A stretch of DNA of 64,000 nt from Eledone cirrhosa (Eukaryota): assembly GCA_964016885.1 (NCBI GenBank), contig OZ024743.1:294314001-294378000 (forward strand), in the 5' to 3' direction. Each line of letters opens with the position of its first letter. Positions within the stretch are counted from its first letter, which is position 1. Under the pieces are notes generated by a model. That model ran no database searches and was not told the DNA's origin. It saw only the letters and a program-made list of their open reading frames with translations. Shown here piece by piece: positions 38,033 through 52,117 of the stretch. The position numbers and the translations under genes are program-made.

Positions 38033-39697
38033 TTATTCGCATTTGTTCTGTTGTATTGTTAGCGCAAAGGTAAAATGGGAAGACTTGAATTTGGGTGTCT
38101 TATTACTTGCGCAAATGTCTAGATGTGCACTTAGTGGTATCTGTCTCGTGGTTGGATCTCGTAATTGTTGGCGATGAACTGTCATTCTGTTTCTGAGTGT
38201 GAGTTTAGTTTGTCCTATATAATCTTCATTGCATCCTTTACATTTAATGGCATAAATTAGATTTTTTGATGAGCAAGTGAAGTGATTTTTTAGAGTAAAA
38301 TTTTGTCCTGATTTAAATGTATAAGTGTTGCCTTCAATGAGGTGAGTGCAGGTTCCACAATTAGAGCGACCACATTTTTTGATACTTGGTTGTGGGTTTG
38401 TGGTAGATAATTTGGCATTGGTGAGTAATGTTTTCAGTGATTTTGGTTGTCTTTTGCTTTTGATTATTTTGTGTGTTTCAAGGGCTTTTTTCATTCTTGG
38501 GTTTTGTTTTAGTAGTGGGATGTTATTGTGAATAGTGTTGTAAGCTTCCGCATTTCTTGGGTTGTGTGTTGAGATATATGATAGAATATTGGACGTACCT
38601 TGAATTTGTTTCTGTTTCCGTAATTCATCAATGCCTATTGCTTTAGCCCTTTCTATTCCATTATTTATTAGTAATAGTGGGTACTCTCTCTCAAGTAGAA
38701 TTTCCTTTAATTCTTGAAGTCTTTTATTTCGCGTTTCATAATTGGAGACAATTGTGCAAATTCTTCTTGCTAGGTTAAAAGGAATGTTCGTCTTCGTGTG
38801 CTTTGGATGGTTGGAGGTGAATAGCAGATATTGTTTGGAATCTGTTGGTTTGTAGTGTATGTCAGTTTCGATATTTGTGTCTTTTTTTGTGATTAAGATG
38901 TCCAGAAATGGGAGTTGATCTTGGCTGTATTCCATTGTGAATTGGATGTGGTTATTGATGCCGTTTATTAAGTTTTTGAAATCCTTCAGTTGGTCGAGTG
39001 TGTGGGACCAAAGAATGAGGCAATCATCCAAGTAGCGTTTCCAATTCTCTGATAAATATTTGTGGAAGTTCAATCCGTATTTTGATTTGGACTGTTCATA
39101 TATCTGGACTTCTAAGTATGCCATGACTAAGTTGGCATAAGTTGGAGCGGCTTTTGTGCCCATCGCAGTCCCCGATATTTGCTTGTAAGTATTGCCATCG
39201 AAATCAGAAAAGTTGTTCTGTAGGATGAATTTTAATCCCTCGGTGATGAAGCTTTTTTCTATTCTGTCAGGTATCTCATTGGGATATTTCTCTAGCCAGA
39301 ATCCTATTGCTTCTAGTCCGTATTGGTGTGGGATCGTTGTGTAGAGATTCACTACATCGAAAGACACAATAATAGTGTCGTTGTTGACATGTTTGGGGAG
39401 GTGGTTTAAGAGGTCCAGATCGTCTCTTACAAGGCTTGGTATGTGTTTCAGTATTGGTTTCAGTAGTATGTCTATAAAGTTGCTCAATCTGTGTGTTTCA
39501 CATTGTGGGCCCGCTACAATTGGTCTTAATTTAAGGTCTGTGGGGTATTGTGTGTTCACGCAGGCTGAGGTGGATTGTTTACAGGCATCGTTGATTATTT
39601 TACATTTGTGGATCTTCGGAAGTCCGTAAAGGTTGCTGGTTTTGTATTCAAAATTTGTTAAATAATCGCGTTCCTTTTTAGTTAGGTCTTCCTGCAC
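38033..39697 (-). pseudogene. PLE RT and GIY-YIG endonuclease (5'-truncated; C-terminal 1-nt deletion at ~38086)
   Basis: YGLPKIHK, LRPIV, SFDVVNLYT, GTAMG, RYLDD, LPFLD; CGRSNCGTC; NLIYAIKC..DYIGQT. The intact C-terminus survives in the inverted arm (39858-40064). Confidence 0.92.
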
Positions 39698-40534
39698 TCA
39701 CCTCATTGAAGGCAACACGTATACATTTAAATCAGGACAAAATTTTACTCTAAAAAATCACTTCACTTGCTCATCAAAAAATCTAATTTATGCCATTAAA
39801 TGTAAAGGATGCAATGAAGATTATATAGGACAAACTAAACTCACACTCAGAAACAGAATGACAGTTCATCGCCAACAATTACGAGATCCAACCACGAGAC
39901 AGATACCACTAAGTGCACATCTAGACATTTGCGCAAGTAATAAGACACCCAAATTCCAAGTCTTCCCATTTTACCTTTGCGCTAACAATACAACAGAACA
40001 AATGCGAATAAATAAGGAAAATATGTTTATTCAAAAATATAGACCAACATTAAATAAGGTTTAATATACATTATGTCAACACCACAATATGACATACACA
40101 CACACACATAACACCTTCTACTTTAGAAAATAAAAACCCGAACTAAATAAACCTTAAACATACGTTTGCACTGGCAATACAATAGCAAACACGAAAAAGT
40201 CAGGAAAATATGTTCATTCAAAAATATTCCTACTAAAGGAATCATTTTCCTACACACACACATACACACACACACAATATATATATATATATTCTCTTCA
40301 TCTTAACATGCTAACCATACTCCCACACACATAACACCCATACACACACATAACAACCCCCACACCTACAACACCCTCCCCATTTCTACTAATAGAACCA
40401 CTTTCCTACACACATATATATATACACACACACAAAATATATATTCTCTCTATCTAACATACTCGCACACACACACATAACACACAACTCCCTCCCCCAT
40501 CTCTACTAATAGAATCATCTTCCAATACACACAT

Positions 40535-40567
<33 letters not shown>

Positions 40568-41078
40568 AGCACACAAATAAACACATATCTTCAGTCTCAA
40601 TAGAAAATCTGAACTCTGACACCTGAACTCTGACAGCTGGCCATATTCACTGAACCAGAACATTTCTCCCAATCCCTTTTCCCTTGACCACTATCTCTCC
40701 ATTGCCATAACATTCACTATAAAGACTACAGAATAGTTTTCCAAATAAGGGCGCAAAAATGTAATGAAAACTTGTTCACGTGACAGCCAAATTTCATTTA
40801 TAACCAACCAAAAAAAAGCCTTCGTGAGCCTCATTTTTTCAAGTAAAAAGAAATTCAAACACTCGTATATGAAAAAAAACCTGTGACAACCCCCCCCCTC
40901 TCTTATTTGAAGAACTATTGTAACGCGAACTGGCGCGAAATTTATTATAATTATTGACAAACCAATCAAATTACTTCTCGAAAAACCTGGTTTTCGAGCC
41001 ACTTTTTCCATATAAAACAAGTAACATTTAGAGACCAACCAGATGTGAGAAAAACCACAGACCCTCCATCTCAACTCA

Positions 41079-41116
41079 CCTTTTGAAAAGCAGAAGAACT
41101 GCGAAACCGGTAAAGG
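41079..41116 (+). ncRNA. minimal type-I hammerhead, U3-A8 variant
   Basis: CCTT-TTGAAAA-GCAG aagaa CTGC-GAAAC-CG-GTA-AAGG; perfect stems I and II, palindromic stem III (ACCGGT); AATAAA a few nt downstream. Confidence 0.78.
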
Positions 41117-41247
41117 AACCAAATAAATATATATATTTAAAAAAAAAATAAGACTTCAGTTGCATTTTCGATTTCATCCCTTTTTCTTTATACTTCCACT
41201 CGTGTAGGACACCTCGGTTATTTTTCATTTTGTAAAAAAAACCTCAC

Positions 41248-41325
<78 letters not shown>

Positions 41326-41619
41326 TTTTTGTATTTGTTGTGTATGATTAATTATCTTAAAACGTGCGTTGAAATATATAGTTCCATACTTAGGGAGGGT
41401 CATGTTGTCAATAAAATCATAAGAATTTGTTGGAATTTCATTTGAATTTATTTTATAAACTCCTAATAGATTAGTTTAATAAACGGATGGTTGTTTAGTT
41501 GATAATTGTGAAAACTCTTTTGTGGCCTCATCAATGACTACTTATGTTGTTATTTTGTGTCGCTCCTTCGTTCTGCCCTGCACCATTTAGTTTTTGTGAA
41601 CTCACAACATTGAATCATG

Positions 41620-42000
41620 GATATCAGTTGAAGGAGTGGAGTTATTTTGGGACCTTGAGATCAAAGTCCAAAATAACCATCCTGATACTGTTGTAAAACC
41701 AAACAACACCTGAAAATGAACTGTAATTGTTATTGCAATCCCTCTAGATCACAATGTGGTTGAAAAGATCAATAAAAATGTAGACTTTGCAGGCGACCTT
41801 AGAAAGGATGTAGAGAACGATATCGTGCCAATCGTCATTGGGGCGTTTGGCACGGTACCTAAATATTGTATGTTTTTCATCGAAAACCTTGGGTTTACGA
41901 CGCCATTGGCTGTGCCCAGATTTCTACCATCCCCAGCACTACCAGAATTCTACATAATATATTGAGCCTCTGAGTCCAATTAACACGCTGCACATAGAAA
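41620..42000 (+). mobile_element. old RLE-type non-LTR 3' fragment
   Basis: LFWDLEI..NNHPDTVV and DIVPIVIGAFGTVPK resemble the RLE C-terminus. Confidence 0.6.
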
Positions 42001-42886
42001 CCGATTGCTATAGAAACCTTACAAAAGTAGAAAAAAATTATCATAATCATCATCATCATCGTCATCATAATTATCATCATCATTTAAATTATACTACTTT
42101 TAATAAACTAATTAAATATTTTATTTTTATATTCCATGTACATGTCTTAATATTATTGAAGTCACGAAAATCTCACTGAATCTGTCGACACAAAATAACC
42201 AATATTTAATTTATTAAATTTAATTACATCATGCATTATCTCGAAGGCAGGAAATATATTGTGGCAAAGCACGATTTCATTTTCTAAAAGTTTTATTAAC
42301 AATTAAATGAGGCAGTCAGAAATTGAAAAGAAAAGTCGCAAAAAATGTGTACATATATATATATATATGGAGGTGTATATGAAATTCTTGGTAAAACTTG
42401 GATATATAAATGTTCTTATTTTCTATTCGTTAGTTTTCCTTTCTTTTTCTTATTCACTACTAATATGGCTATACCTTAAAATGATTTTGCACCAATTCAG
42501 ATGGGTACATTTAAGTTCAGTTGAAATTTATTGAAATGAATTTTGGAGTTATTTTTCTTCACTGTATATTCAAGGATGTACGTATCATTCCCATGACCAT
42601 TTTAACGACCGCTTTAATTAGGATGTGTCAAATAATTGCTCAATGGGTTTATGGTTGGTAGCGCTAAAATGGATGACGTATTAAGTCAATCAAGTATAGA
42701 TATATCTTTGATTTTCGTGACATTTTCATATTGATTGAAGCATTTAATCTATTATGTTGTTTTATATTAGGAACTGTTTGTGAAATAAATGTGTTATATG
42801 TTTGAAATGATTAATTGCTTTCACTCATCGATGTATCGGTAATGGAGTAGGCCAATTAATTTTCTGCCTTTCCTTTTACTGTTTAG

Positions 42887-42969
42887 ACGAAAAGAGAAAA
42901 GCATATGGCCCTTTCACAACCTCTGAAACTACTGATAGTTTGACGGTTCCTCAAACAATAATGGCCTAA
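42887..42969 (+). CDS. candidate terminal coding exon
   Basis: Strong acceptor TTTTCTGCCTTTCCTTTTACTGTTTAG|; phase-1 frame (D)EKRKAYGPFTTSETTDSLTVPQTIMA*. Confidence 0.3.
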
Positions 42970-43451
42970 ATGCTTGCAGCGAGAATAGATTAATGACAGC
43001 AATGGCCAGGTGGTGGTATTAAAGCAGACTAGAGATAAATTCTTGAATTAAGTTTAACTCCATGGCTACCTTATATCTTATATATTTAAATCTTATTCAT
43101 TTATAGTTATTTATATTCTTGCCTTTAGTTTTCATCATAAAGAACAAATCGCAATGTTATAGGTTGATATGTTAGAAAATATGTTAAAATAGCCTACCAA
43201 ATGAAGAAATATCTTTGAAATAAATAGGATATGTACAGTTGTGCTTTTGTTAAACCATTAGACGATATATATAAAACACTTTACAGAGACTACAGGCGTT
43301 ATGCCCTGTAATCGGTTTAAACTGAGACCACATTTGCTTTCTTTTGTAACCGGTAAGGTGGACTATCTGTTTCAACACACGCATTCAGATAAGAAATCTT
43401 GCAAAACAAATTAAAAAACGAAGTATCATCATCCTCATCATCATCATCATC

Positions 43452-44082
43452 ATTTTACGTCCGCCTTTCCCTGCTTGCAAGGGTGGGACGGGTCTTATTC
43501 AGCACAGCATCTCACCACTCGTCACGGTCCTTCGTCATCTCCACCGTGAGCTTCAATGATCTGAGGTCTGTTCTCACCACCTCCGCCCATGCTTTTCGTG
43601 GTCTACCTCTACCACGTCTTCCTTCAACTGGCATTTCCTGGCACTTCTTCACCCATCGGTCTTCCTCCAAGCGCATCACATGTCCATACCACCTCAGTCT
43701 CCTCTCCCGTACACTACATTCTATCCCTCTCAGACAGTTTCTCTCTCAACACATTTATGCTGGGTCGTTCACCCACATTGACATTGCACATCCAACGGAG
43801 CATGCTTGCCTCATTTCTCTCCAGCCGTCGCATATCCTCTGCAGTTGCTGCCCATGTCTCACTACCATGCAGCATCGCGCTCCTCACACAGGCATCATAC
43901 AACCGGCCTTTCGTACGCAGGGAGAAACCCTTCTTCGTCAGCAGAGGAAGCAGCTCCCTAAACTTCTTCCAACCCGTCCTTATTCTAGATACTATGGCAT
44001 CGGAACACCCTCCTCCTATGCTAATCTGATCTCCTAGGTACCGGAAGCTATCCACCACTTCTATAGCGCCCTCCTGCATTTG
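43452..44082 (-). mobile_element. RTE-clade LINE 3' fragment with (ATG)n tail
   Basis: IEVVDSFRYLGD..SRIRTGWKKFREL..KGRLYDACVRSAMLHGSETW; (TCA)n at 43425-43453. Confidence 0.85.
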
Positions 44083-45295
44083 AAAAAAAGTATATATATG
44101 TATATTGTTATATTTCGGGAAGTTTTAGTAATCGGATATTTTTTTATTTATTTATTGTCAAAGTTCTTTTATCATATAGTCTGTGACCTCTGCATGGACT
44201 TATTTTTTATTTTGTGACTCTCCCTTGTTCCGTCCTACTCCATCTTGTTTTCGTGAGTTGTGTGATGTCTTGCACATGCGTTATAGCAGTGTGAGTGTTT
44301 TATTTATTCATTTATACGTTTATTTAGATGATCAGAGAGAGTGATGTAGGATTTTGTGGGATTGGCACCAGCGAGCTGAGACTCCTACTTAGAGTAATGC
44401 GTGATAATGATTACTTTGATACATACGACCTTAGCAGCCTCTGTCCTACAAGACCAGAAAGAGACAGACTACGTACCATTACCTCAATGGCCAAGAAGAA
44501 AATGTATACTATGCAAATTAAACTCACAAATTAACTGCATAACTAGGAAGGTAGTATATAGCATAAGATACACGGAGGGGCAATGTAGGTATTGGAATAC
44601 AACTTACATAGGTGAGACGGCCTTAGTATAGGATAAAGAATAAATGAACACTGGCGAGAACCCCAAGGTGGGAAGAATTCATCAGTACTCCAGAATGGCA
44701 CACAAGATGAGAGAGAATTAAGAATCATATCCACACATAAAACATACGCGATGTTCAGACAGATTACAGAAACGACAAAAATAAACAAGTTCCATCCAAA
44801 TCTAAGTAGACAACATAAGTGCAATAACAACAACATCACAATTAGTAACTAAGGACGAGATAAAGAGATGCTGAGACACACAAGAACCAGACAAACACAG
44901 ATAGAACAAGCAGCCAAGTAGTGACAAGTAAATAAACGTATAACTGAATACACAAATAAAAAAGAAACATGAATCACATAGAATCCTACATCACTCTCGC
45001 TGATCATCTCAATAAACGAATAAATACATACAAAAATAACACAAATATACCAGGATATAACGCATGCTATAGTTATCATTCTGTCCCGTGCTTTTCTACC
45101 TATTATTTATTCCTGACTTTTACCGGCTAATTAAAATAGATTCCTTCATTCTTAGCTTAGACGTAGAATCCCTGTACACCCCTGTTCGCACCTTATAATT
45201 ACGGGCAACATCATCTACTATACCGACATCTTATATATATATATATAATAATAATACAGGGACGAATGGCTACTCCTTCATTACGTTTATTGGCT

Positions 45296-45369
45296 GGTGA
45301 TGCGCGTTTCGCTCAAGATTCGAACTGTTTCGATCAAATTCGTCTCTGGAATCAATAACTCGTCAGACC
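45296..45369 (-). ncRNA. type-I hammerhead motif (AUC triplet, long stem II region)
   Basis: ggt-CTGACGA-...-GAAAC-GCGC-ATC-acc followed by AATAAA; lies inside a short (TA)n-bounded segment. Confidence 0.55.
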
Positions 45370-45628
45370 TCTGTTACCTACAGTGACTCCGCGTTTCACT
45401 CTCTGGATATATATATATAAGTATGTATGCGTACATACATATATGTATACAGACGTACAGTAGTATATATATATATACATACATGCACACACATATATAT
45501 ATATATGTACGTATGGGTTTACCGAACATTTATTATAATGTTCGCTTTGTTTGTAAACAAAGAGCCCAAATTAAGCTGTACAGTGTTCGGCAACCATCGT
45601 TGCCCTTTTGTTCAACACTGACAACGGA

Positions 45629-45671
45629 ACGATGAACTAGTTTCTAGCTTATTAGCTGTCATCAGCACCGT
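45629..45671 (-). ncRNA. minimal hammerhead motif, paralogue of 34774-34816
   Basis: tg-CTGATGA-c-agc taataa gct-a-GAAAC-TA-GTT-ca. Confidence 0.55.
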
Positions 45672-46006
45672 ATACCTTCGTTTTTTCAGTTTATTGCCAG
45701 ATAACGTCTCCATGAACCACCTAATAGAATATTAGTCTACGACTTCTTTTTATACCATAAACGTGGATTTGTCTTTGCGTGTAATTGTTTTTCCCGCTCC
45801 AAATAATGACGTATTATCTTCGTTTTTTCCGTTCTTTGACAGGGAACGTTTCCACGAACCAAAGTATCGTCTTCCTGTCTTCCTCCGGCCGCAACGTTTT
45901 TTTAAATATTTACTTCTGCGTTCACAGATTGACTTTTTTAGTTTCAGAAGATCCCGTTAAGGGTGAAAGCAGCGATACTTTGCTTAAACTTTAATCTGTT
46001 ATTTTA

Positions 46007-46146
<140 letters not shown>

Positions 46147-46599
46147 GAAAAAGTGAAGTATAACATGATCAACAGTACAAAAAAGGGATTTATTTACAGT
46201 CTGACAATTGTTTCTCTGATTAATTTGTCTAAAAATTGCTGTACACTTGAAGCAGTGCCACTCAATTTCAAATACGATGTTAGCTTAACAAGGTCAGCGG
46301 AGATAACTGTTTTATATCCGGTAATTTATGAATTCAAATTACAGCATCATTAATAATATTAATAATAAAGATAGAGAGAGAAAAAAGAAAGAGAGATAGA
46401 GAAAATAAAGAAAGAAAAAAGAAGAAGGAGAAAGGAAAATACAGAAAGATATAGGGAGAAAAAAAGACAGAGAGAAAAGAGGAGAGAAAGAGGAGAGAAA
46501 AGGAGAAAGGAGAAATAAAGGTAAATAAAAATAAAAATAAAAATAAAGGGAAAATCATGATATCAACAATAAATGAATAAATGCTAATAAAAAATTTAC

Positions 46600-47540
46600 A
46601 TTGACGTGGACAGTGACTAGCCATAGCAGAGTTAAACACTATATAGGAGCCACCTCCGGCCAGTTTAAAACGAGATTTAGGACGCATCTCCACTCTTTCA
46701 GAAACAAAAAATTAAGGCACTCCACATCGCTTGCCAACTACGTCACCACATTGCAAGTCGCCAACATAAGCTTCTCCACACACTGGGATATTGTCAGTAG
46801 GGCTGCACCCTACAACTTCAGGGGGAAATGCCAGCTCTGCCTCTTGGAGCTGTACTACATCATAAGAACACCCCAGCAGCTCTTAAACAACAGAGCAGAG
46901 TCGGTTATTAATTGTAAACACCGGGTACAGGCGTCGTATTTTGCCTGGGAGGTGACTGTGGTATGAAAACTACGAACTGGGTCCCCCCTGCCCGAACCAT
47001 ACCACCCCGGTGGGCACGCAGTATGAACAAACATATGTGAACCTAATGTACACCGCTGACCATACTCGAACAAACATTAGTGAAGCAACATCCACTAAAT
47101 AATAAAAGGACACTACAGACCTGACCCGTACTGGCAATAGTGAAACAATACACATAACATGACGATGCTAAACACCAGGCACTAAAATCCACATGGGACT
47201 GATTGCTTAAACACCGGCCAGAGTTACTCCCCTGCTCTGTGATAATAAAAAACACATGCACGGAGAATATGAATGAGGATGTCAATTTAACCGAAAATTC
47301 ACTCCCGTGACCTATATTGAACTTTATTTTGCTTTCCATGCCTTGATAAGCCCGCTAAGGGCGAGACGTACGTAGGTGAATAATTATATAAACATGTTTT
47401 AACGGTTTTAAACTCTTTGTATTTATTTCCTTTTTAATCGCTCTGCTTATCATTTTTTCTCGCACACTAAATATTGACGCCTCTAATATTTAACCCTGTA
47501 GGCACGAGTATTGAGCACACATGCATAAACAATTGGCAAG
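46600..47540 (+). mobile_element. PLE GIY-YIG fragment and pseudo-LTR with a decayed hammerhead at 47340-47377
   Basis: HYIGATSGQFKTRFRTH..CQLCLLE..LLNNRAE; gcc-TTGATAA-gccc/gggc-GAGAC-GTAC-GTA-ggt. Confidence 0.75.
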
Positions 47541-47592
47541 TAAATATATGTATCGCCCATCTTTCCATTTTCTTCTCTCTCTCGATACCTAA

Positions 47593-47689
<97 letters not shown>

Positions 47690-47801
47690 GCATAAATACA
47701 TACACACATAAACGCAGGCGTACACACACAGATACACATATATAAGAGTATATATGTGAATGTATATATATTTATACATATATATATATACATACGCACA
47801 C

Positions 47802-47870
<69 letters not shown>

Positions 47871-48047
47871 ATTTGGGTGCGTATATGTGTCTATGTATGT
47901 GGGGTTGTCTCTATGTGTGTACCTATGCATACTTGTGTCTCTGGAAAGCTAACTTTCGAAACTACTCATTCATGTATATATTCACATTCATACATATATA
48001 AATCTATATATCTATCTGTCTATCCCTATCTCCCCCACTCTCGCTCT

Positions 48048-48132
<85 letters not shown>

Positions 48133-48539
48133 ACATATATATGTGTACATATATACAGACACATATATATATATATTATGAATGTATGTATGTGTGTCCG
48201 TATATTATACTGTTTTCGCGTAGCTATGATAAATGAATTAAAAATTAACTTTTGATTACTTTATGAAACTATTCATCAAATATATCATTTTTCACTTCTT
48301 ATTTTAAAAAATTCTCAACCTTTTTAGTTTGTCCCCCGCCTCTCGCTCTCCAACCTTTCATTCTTAGTTATCTTTCTGACATATTTTTTTAACACGCTTC
48401 AACCACCATATTGTATATAAAGTAATTTATTCATTAAACTTTCTGATCTCGCCATCAGATCGAAATGACGTCCAGAATAATTCATAATAATCACACACAC
48501 ACACACACACTGACGCACATATACACAGAGTGAATAGCG

Positions 48540-48608
<69 letters not shown>

Positions 48609-48685
48609 ATGTATATGTATATATATATATATGTATACACATGTATATATGAATATATATATATACATATGTATATGCATGTATG

Positions 48686-48740
<55 letters not shown>

Positions 48741-49016
48741 CATACCACATACGCATATACACAGTCATTCATACAGGTGTCTTACTGTATATATGTTTGT
48801 ATGTATATTTTCATAATAATAAAAAAATATTTCAACAAAACTATGAAATTAAAATAAAAGCACGCCAGGGAAATTGGGAAATATTCTCGGATTGTGAAAA
48901 CATATACATATATATATATATATGTATATGTGTGTGGGTGTGTCTATGTGTGTATATATAATTATTTATATATTTATACATACATATATATATATATGTA
49001 TGAATATATAATTATA

Positions 49017-49075
<59 letters not shown>

Positions 49076-49114
49076 ATAATTATACATACATAGATATATA
49101 TATATATGTATGTA

Positions 49115-49155
<41 letters not shown>

Positions 49156-49265
49156 GAAAGAAATGCACACACATATATGTATGTATAAATATATAAATAA
49201 TTATATATGCACACACACATACACACACACACATATATATATATACATATATATATACATGCACG

Positions 49266-49327
<62 letters not shown>

Positions 49328-49807
49328 CCTTCGTTTGATACACATATTTATATTCATACGCAGACGTACACATTTAAACATATATACATACGATTAAATA
49401 CGCTTTTCACTCTAGTCTATCCATCATTTTCAAAGAAACCTTTTTTTTTTTTCAAATTTTCGTGTTATATTTTAATGCTATTATTTTTTTTATTTCAATC
49501 ATTTCAATCTCTTTTTTTTTGTCAGTAATCTTCCTATCTAATATTTATTTTCGCTTACATATAATTTGAAGTGATTAAAAAAGTGGGGGAGATTTCTTAT
49601 GAATGCTTCATATCTTTTGATTATATCATATGTACATGTACCTACTATGCTGGAGTGTCGTCGGATTTGAATTTGTTGTTTGTTTTCTTAAGTATATGTG
49701 TAATTTCTAGCTAGTTCTTATTATTGTGGTTGTTAATATTGCTGTTTTGATTTATTTCATGGTGATATTGGTGATATATTTCTCATATCGCTCTCTCTCT
49801 CTCTCCT

Positions 49808-49839
<32 letters not shown>

Positions 49840-49906
49840 AATATATATAAATATACATATATATATATATATATACATACATATATATATACAGACACAG
49901 ACACAG

Positions 49907-49941
<35 letters not shown>

Positions 49942-50239
49942 CTACTGATATATTTTGCTTTCTTTGTTGGAGTTTAATTAAGTTTTGTTAAAATATTCGA
50001 AAAATAAATAAATTTAAGAAGATGAAAAATGAACGGAAGCAAGAAGTGAAAATTATGAAAACTTTTAGAAAACAACGAAAATATTTGAATTCCTTCTCGT
50101 TTGGTGAAGTTCGAAAATGAAAAATAGATATCCTCTTATAATTCATGATTAGATTGTGAAAAGTAAACGCGCATTCTCCAATTTCGAAATGTTAAACTAA
50201 GATTCTTTTCAAATTCAAATAATAGCTGCCATATATATG

Positions 50240-50349
<110 letters not shown>

Positions 50350-52004
50350 GTATATATATATAAAGAGAAAGCAAGAGTGAGTGACAAAGGGACTCTCATA
50401 TTGATAGTCAAATGCATATTGATTATACTTGATTATTATTATCAAAGGACTTGAGACGGTATATAAATCTAAATAAAAGTTTGAATGATTGAACGAGTTA
50501 GAGGTATGTGTATGTCATTACAATGTCCGATACATCTCGTACATTCACTCCCACACCAACACCTTCACCTCCACCGCAAACACCACATACCACACAACCT
50601 TATGTCACACGAAGTGGCAGAACAGTAAAATGGCCACGTAAATTGTCAAAAACTATATACATTTAACATCTAGTGGCATTAACAAACTCTTTTCAGTTTC
50701 GGATAGAATTAGTGTCAGAAAAGTCTGTACACTGGTGTTGTATGAACTATTTGATTCTGAAGAAACTTTGAACTTACCATTGAGCATTAATTTTTCTCTG
50801 CTCTTTTATGTTAACTTTGAATTATAGTTTTGTTACATTTACATTTTTTCTTTGTAAAATGCATTTACTTGTTTTGTGCTTTTTTGCTATTTGCTTCAGT
50901 TGCGAGCTCATGTTTTGTTCATGCACTTTCTTCTCCTCATTTCTTACGGGTTCTCGCTACAATGACCTTCGGTTGGTTATTCGACTTCTTGTCTGAGAGG
51001 GGAGTCTTGTAGCACTCTCTAGACAACGGGAAGTAGCTAGAGTTACTTCCCGTAGAATTTCTAAAACATTCCTTGAACATCCGTTTCAGGTATTATAAAA
51101 GAAAGAGAAAAGGGCAATCTCCCTCTTTTGGCAGCAGGCTCTCGAACTGACCACACCAAGCACAGATATGTTAAGTTTTTCTAATCCTATCTTGTATTAC
51201 ACATATCATGTCACGAGGTACGTTTTGTTACCAAATTGTAATACACGCACTACAATAAATACATGTTGTTATTGATACTCGTTTTGAGATATTCGTCATG
51301 CTTCAATTATAACTTCGAATGTAGAGAGATAATTCTAACCAGAAAAATTACATAAAAGTTCTTTTATATCTTCTTTCAAATTAAATTAGTGGTTGACATG
51401 CAGTGGTATTTACTGCAGTAAATAACCCTATGACCAACTCACTAAAGTGGTATTTTAGCTGACACAAATGCAGTTTCAAACGCATAAAAATACACGTACA
51501 ATACTCTCTCTCAGCACGCATACACACATACACACATGCACAAACACATTTACTCACACACACACTTACACTTACATATGTACACAAATATACACATATT
51601 TGCTTACGTATGTCTTTGTCGAAGCCACCCGTCAATTTCCCTGTCCATTCTTTGTTTCGTGATCGCCTTACATGCGATATGCAGAGCAGTTTTCCAATCT
51701 GTTGCACAAACTGCAATCAGAAGTACAATAAATACCAACATAATAAGCGAAGCAGCACGCTAGCAAAGTGGCTAACGAGGTAAAGATACAGCCTTCTGTT
51801 CGCCTTATGTGACTGTGTAGATTTTAAGCTGACTATATATATATATATCAAATGTGTCAAAAGAAAAAAAATAACAAAACATACGGCACAGTACATGGAA
51901 GAAATATATTAGTTTAATGCCTGAAATAGCTAGTCTTTCATTAGAAGATAGAGTTAGAAATAGAAGATAAATAGAAAGTATATACATACACACACACACA
52001 CACT

Positions 52005-52117
<113 letters not shown>

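Larger units (their letters stand above)
36852..41255 (-). mobile_element. Penelope-like element (Neptune-type linker), 5'-truncated, with an inverted 1.5-kb pseudo-LTR
   Basis: RT-GIY-YIG ORF; arms 36852-38352 and 39691-41192 are near-identical inverted copies; (TA)n on both sides. Confidence 0.92.

Noticed and set aside
50580-51270. possible solo LTR (TG start, TATAAAA, AATAAA)
   Set aside because: No second copy, target-site duplication, PBS or PPT could be identified.
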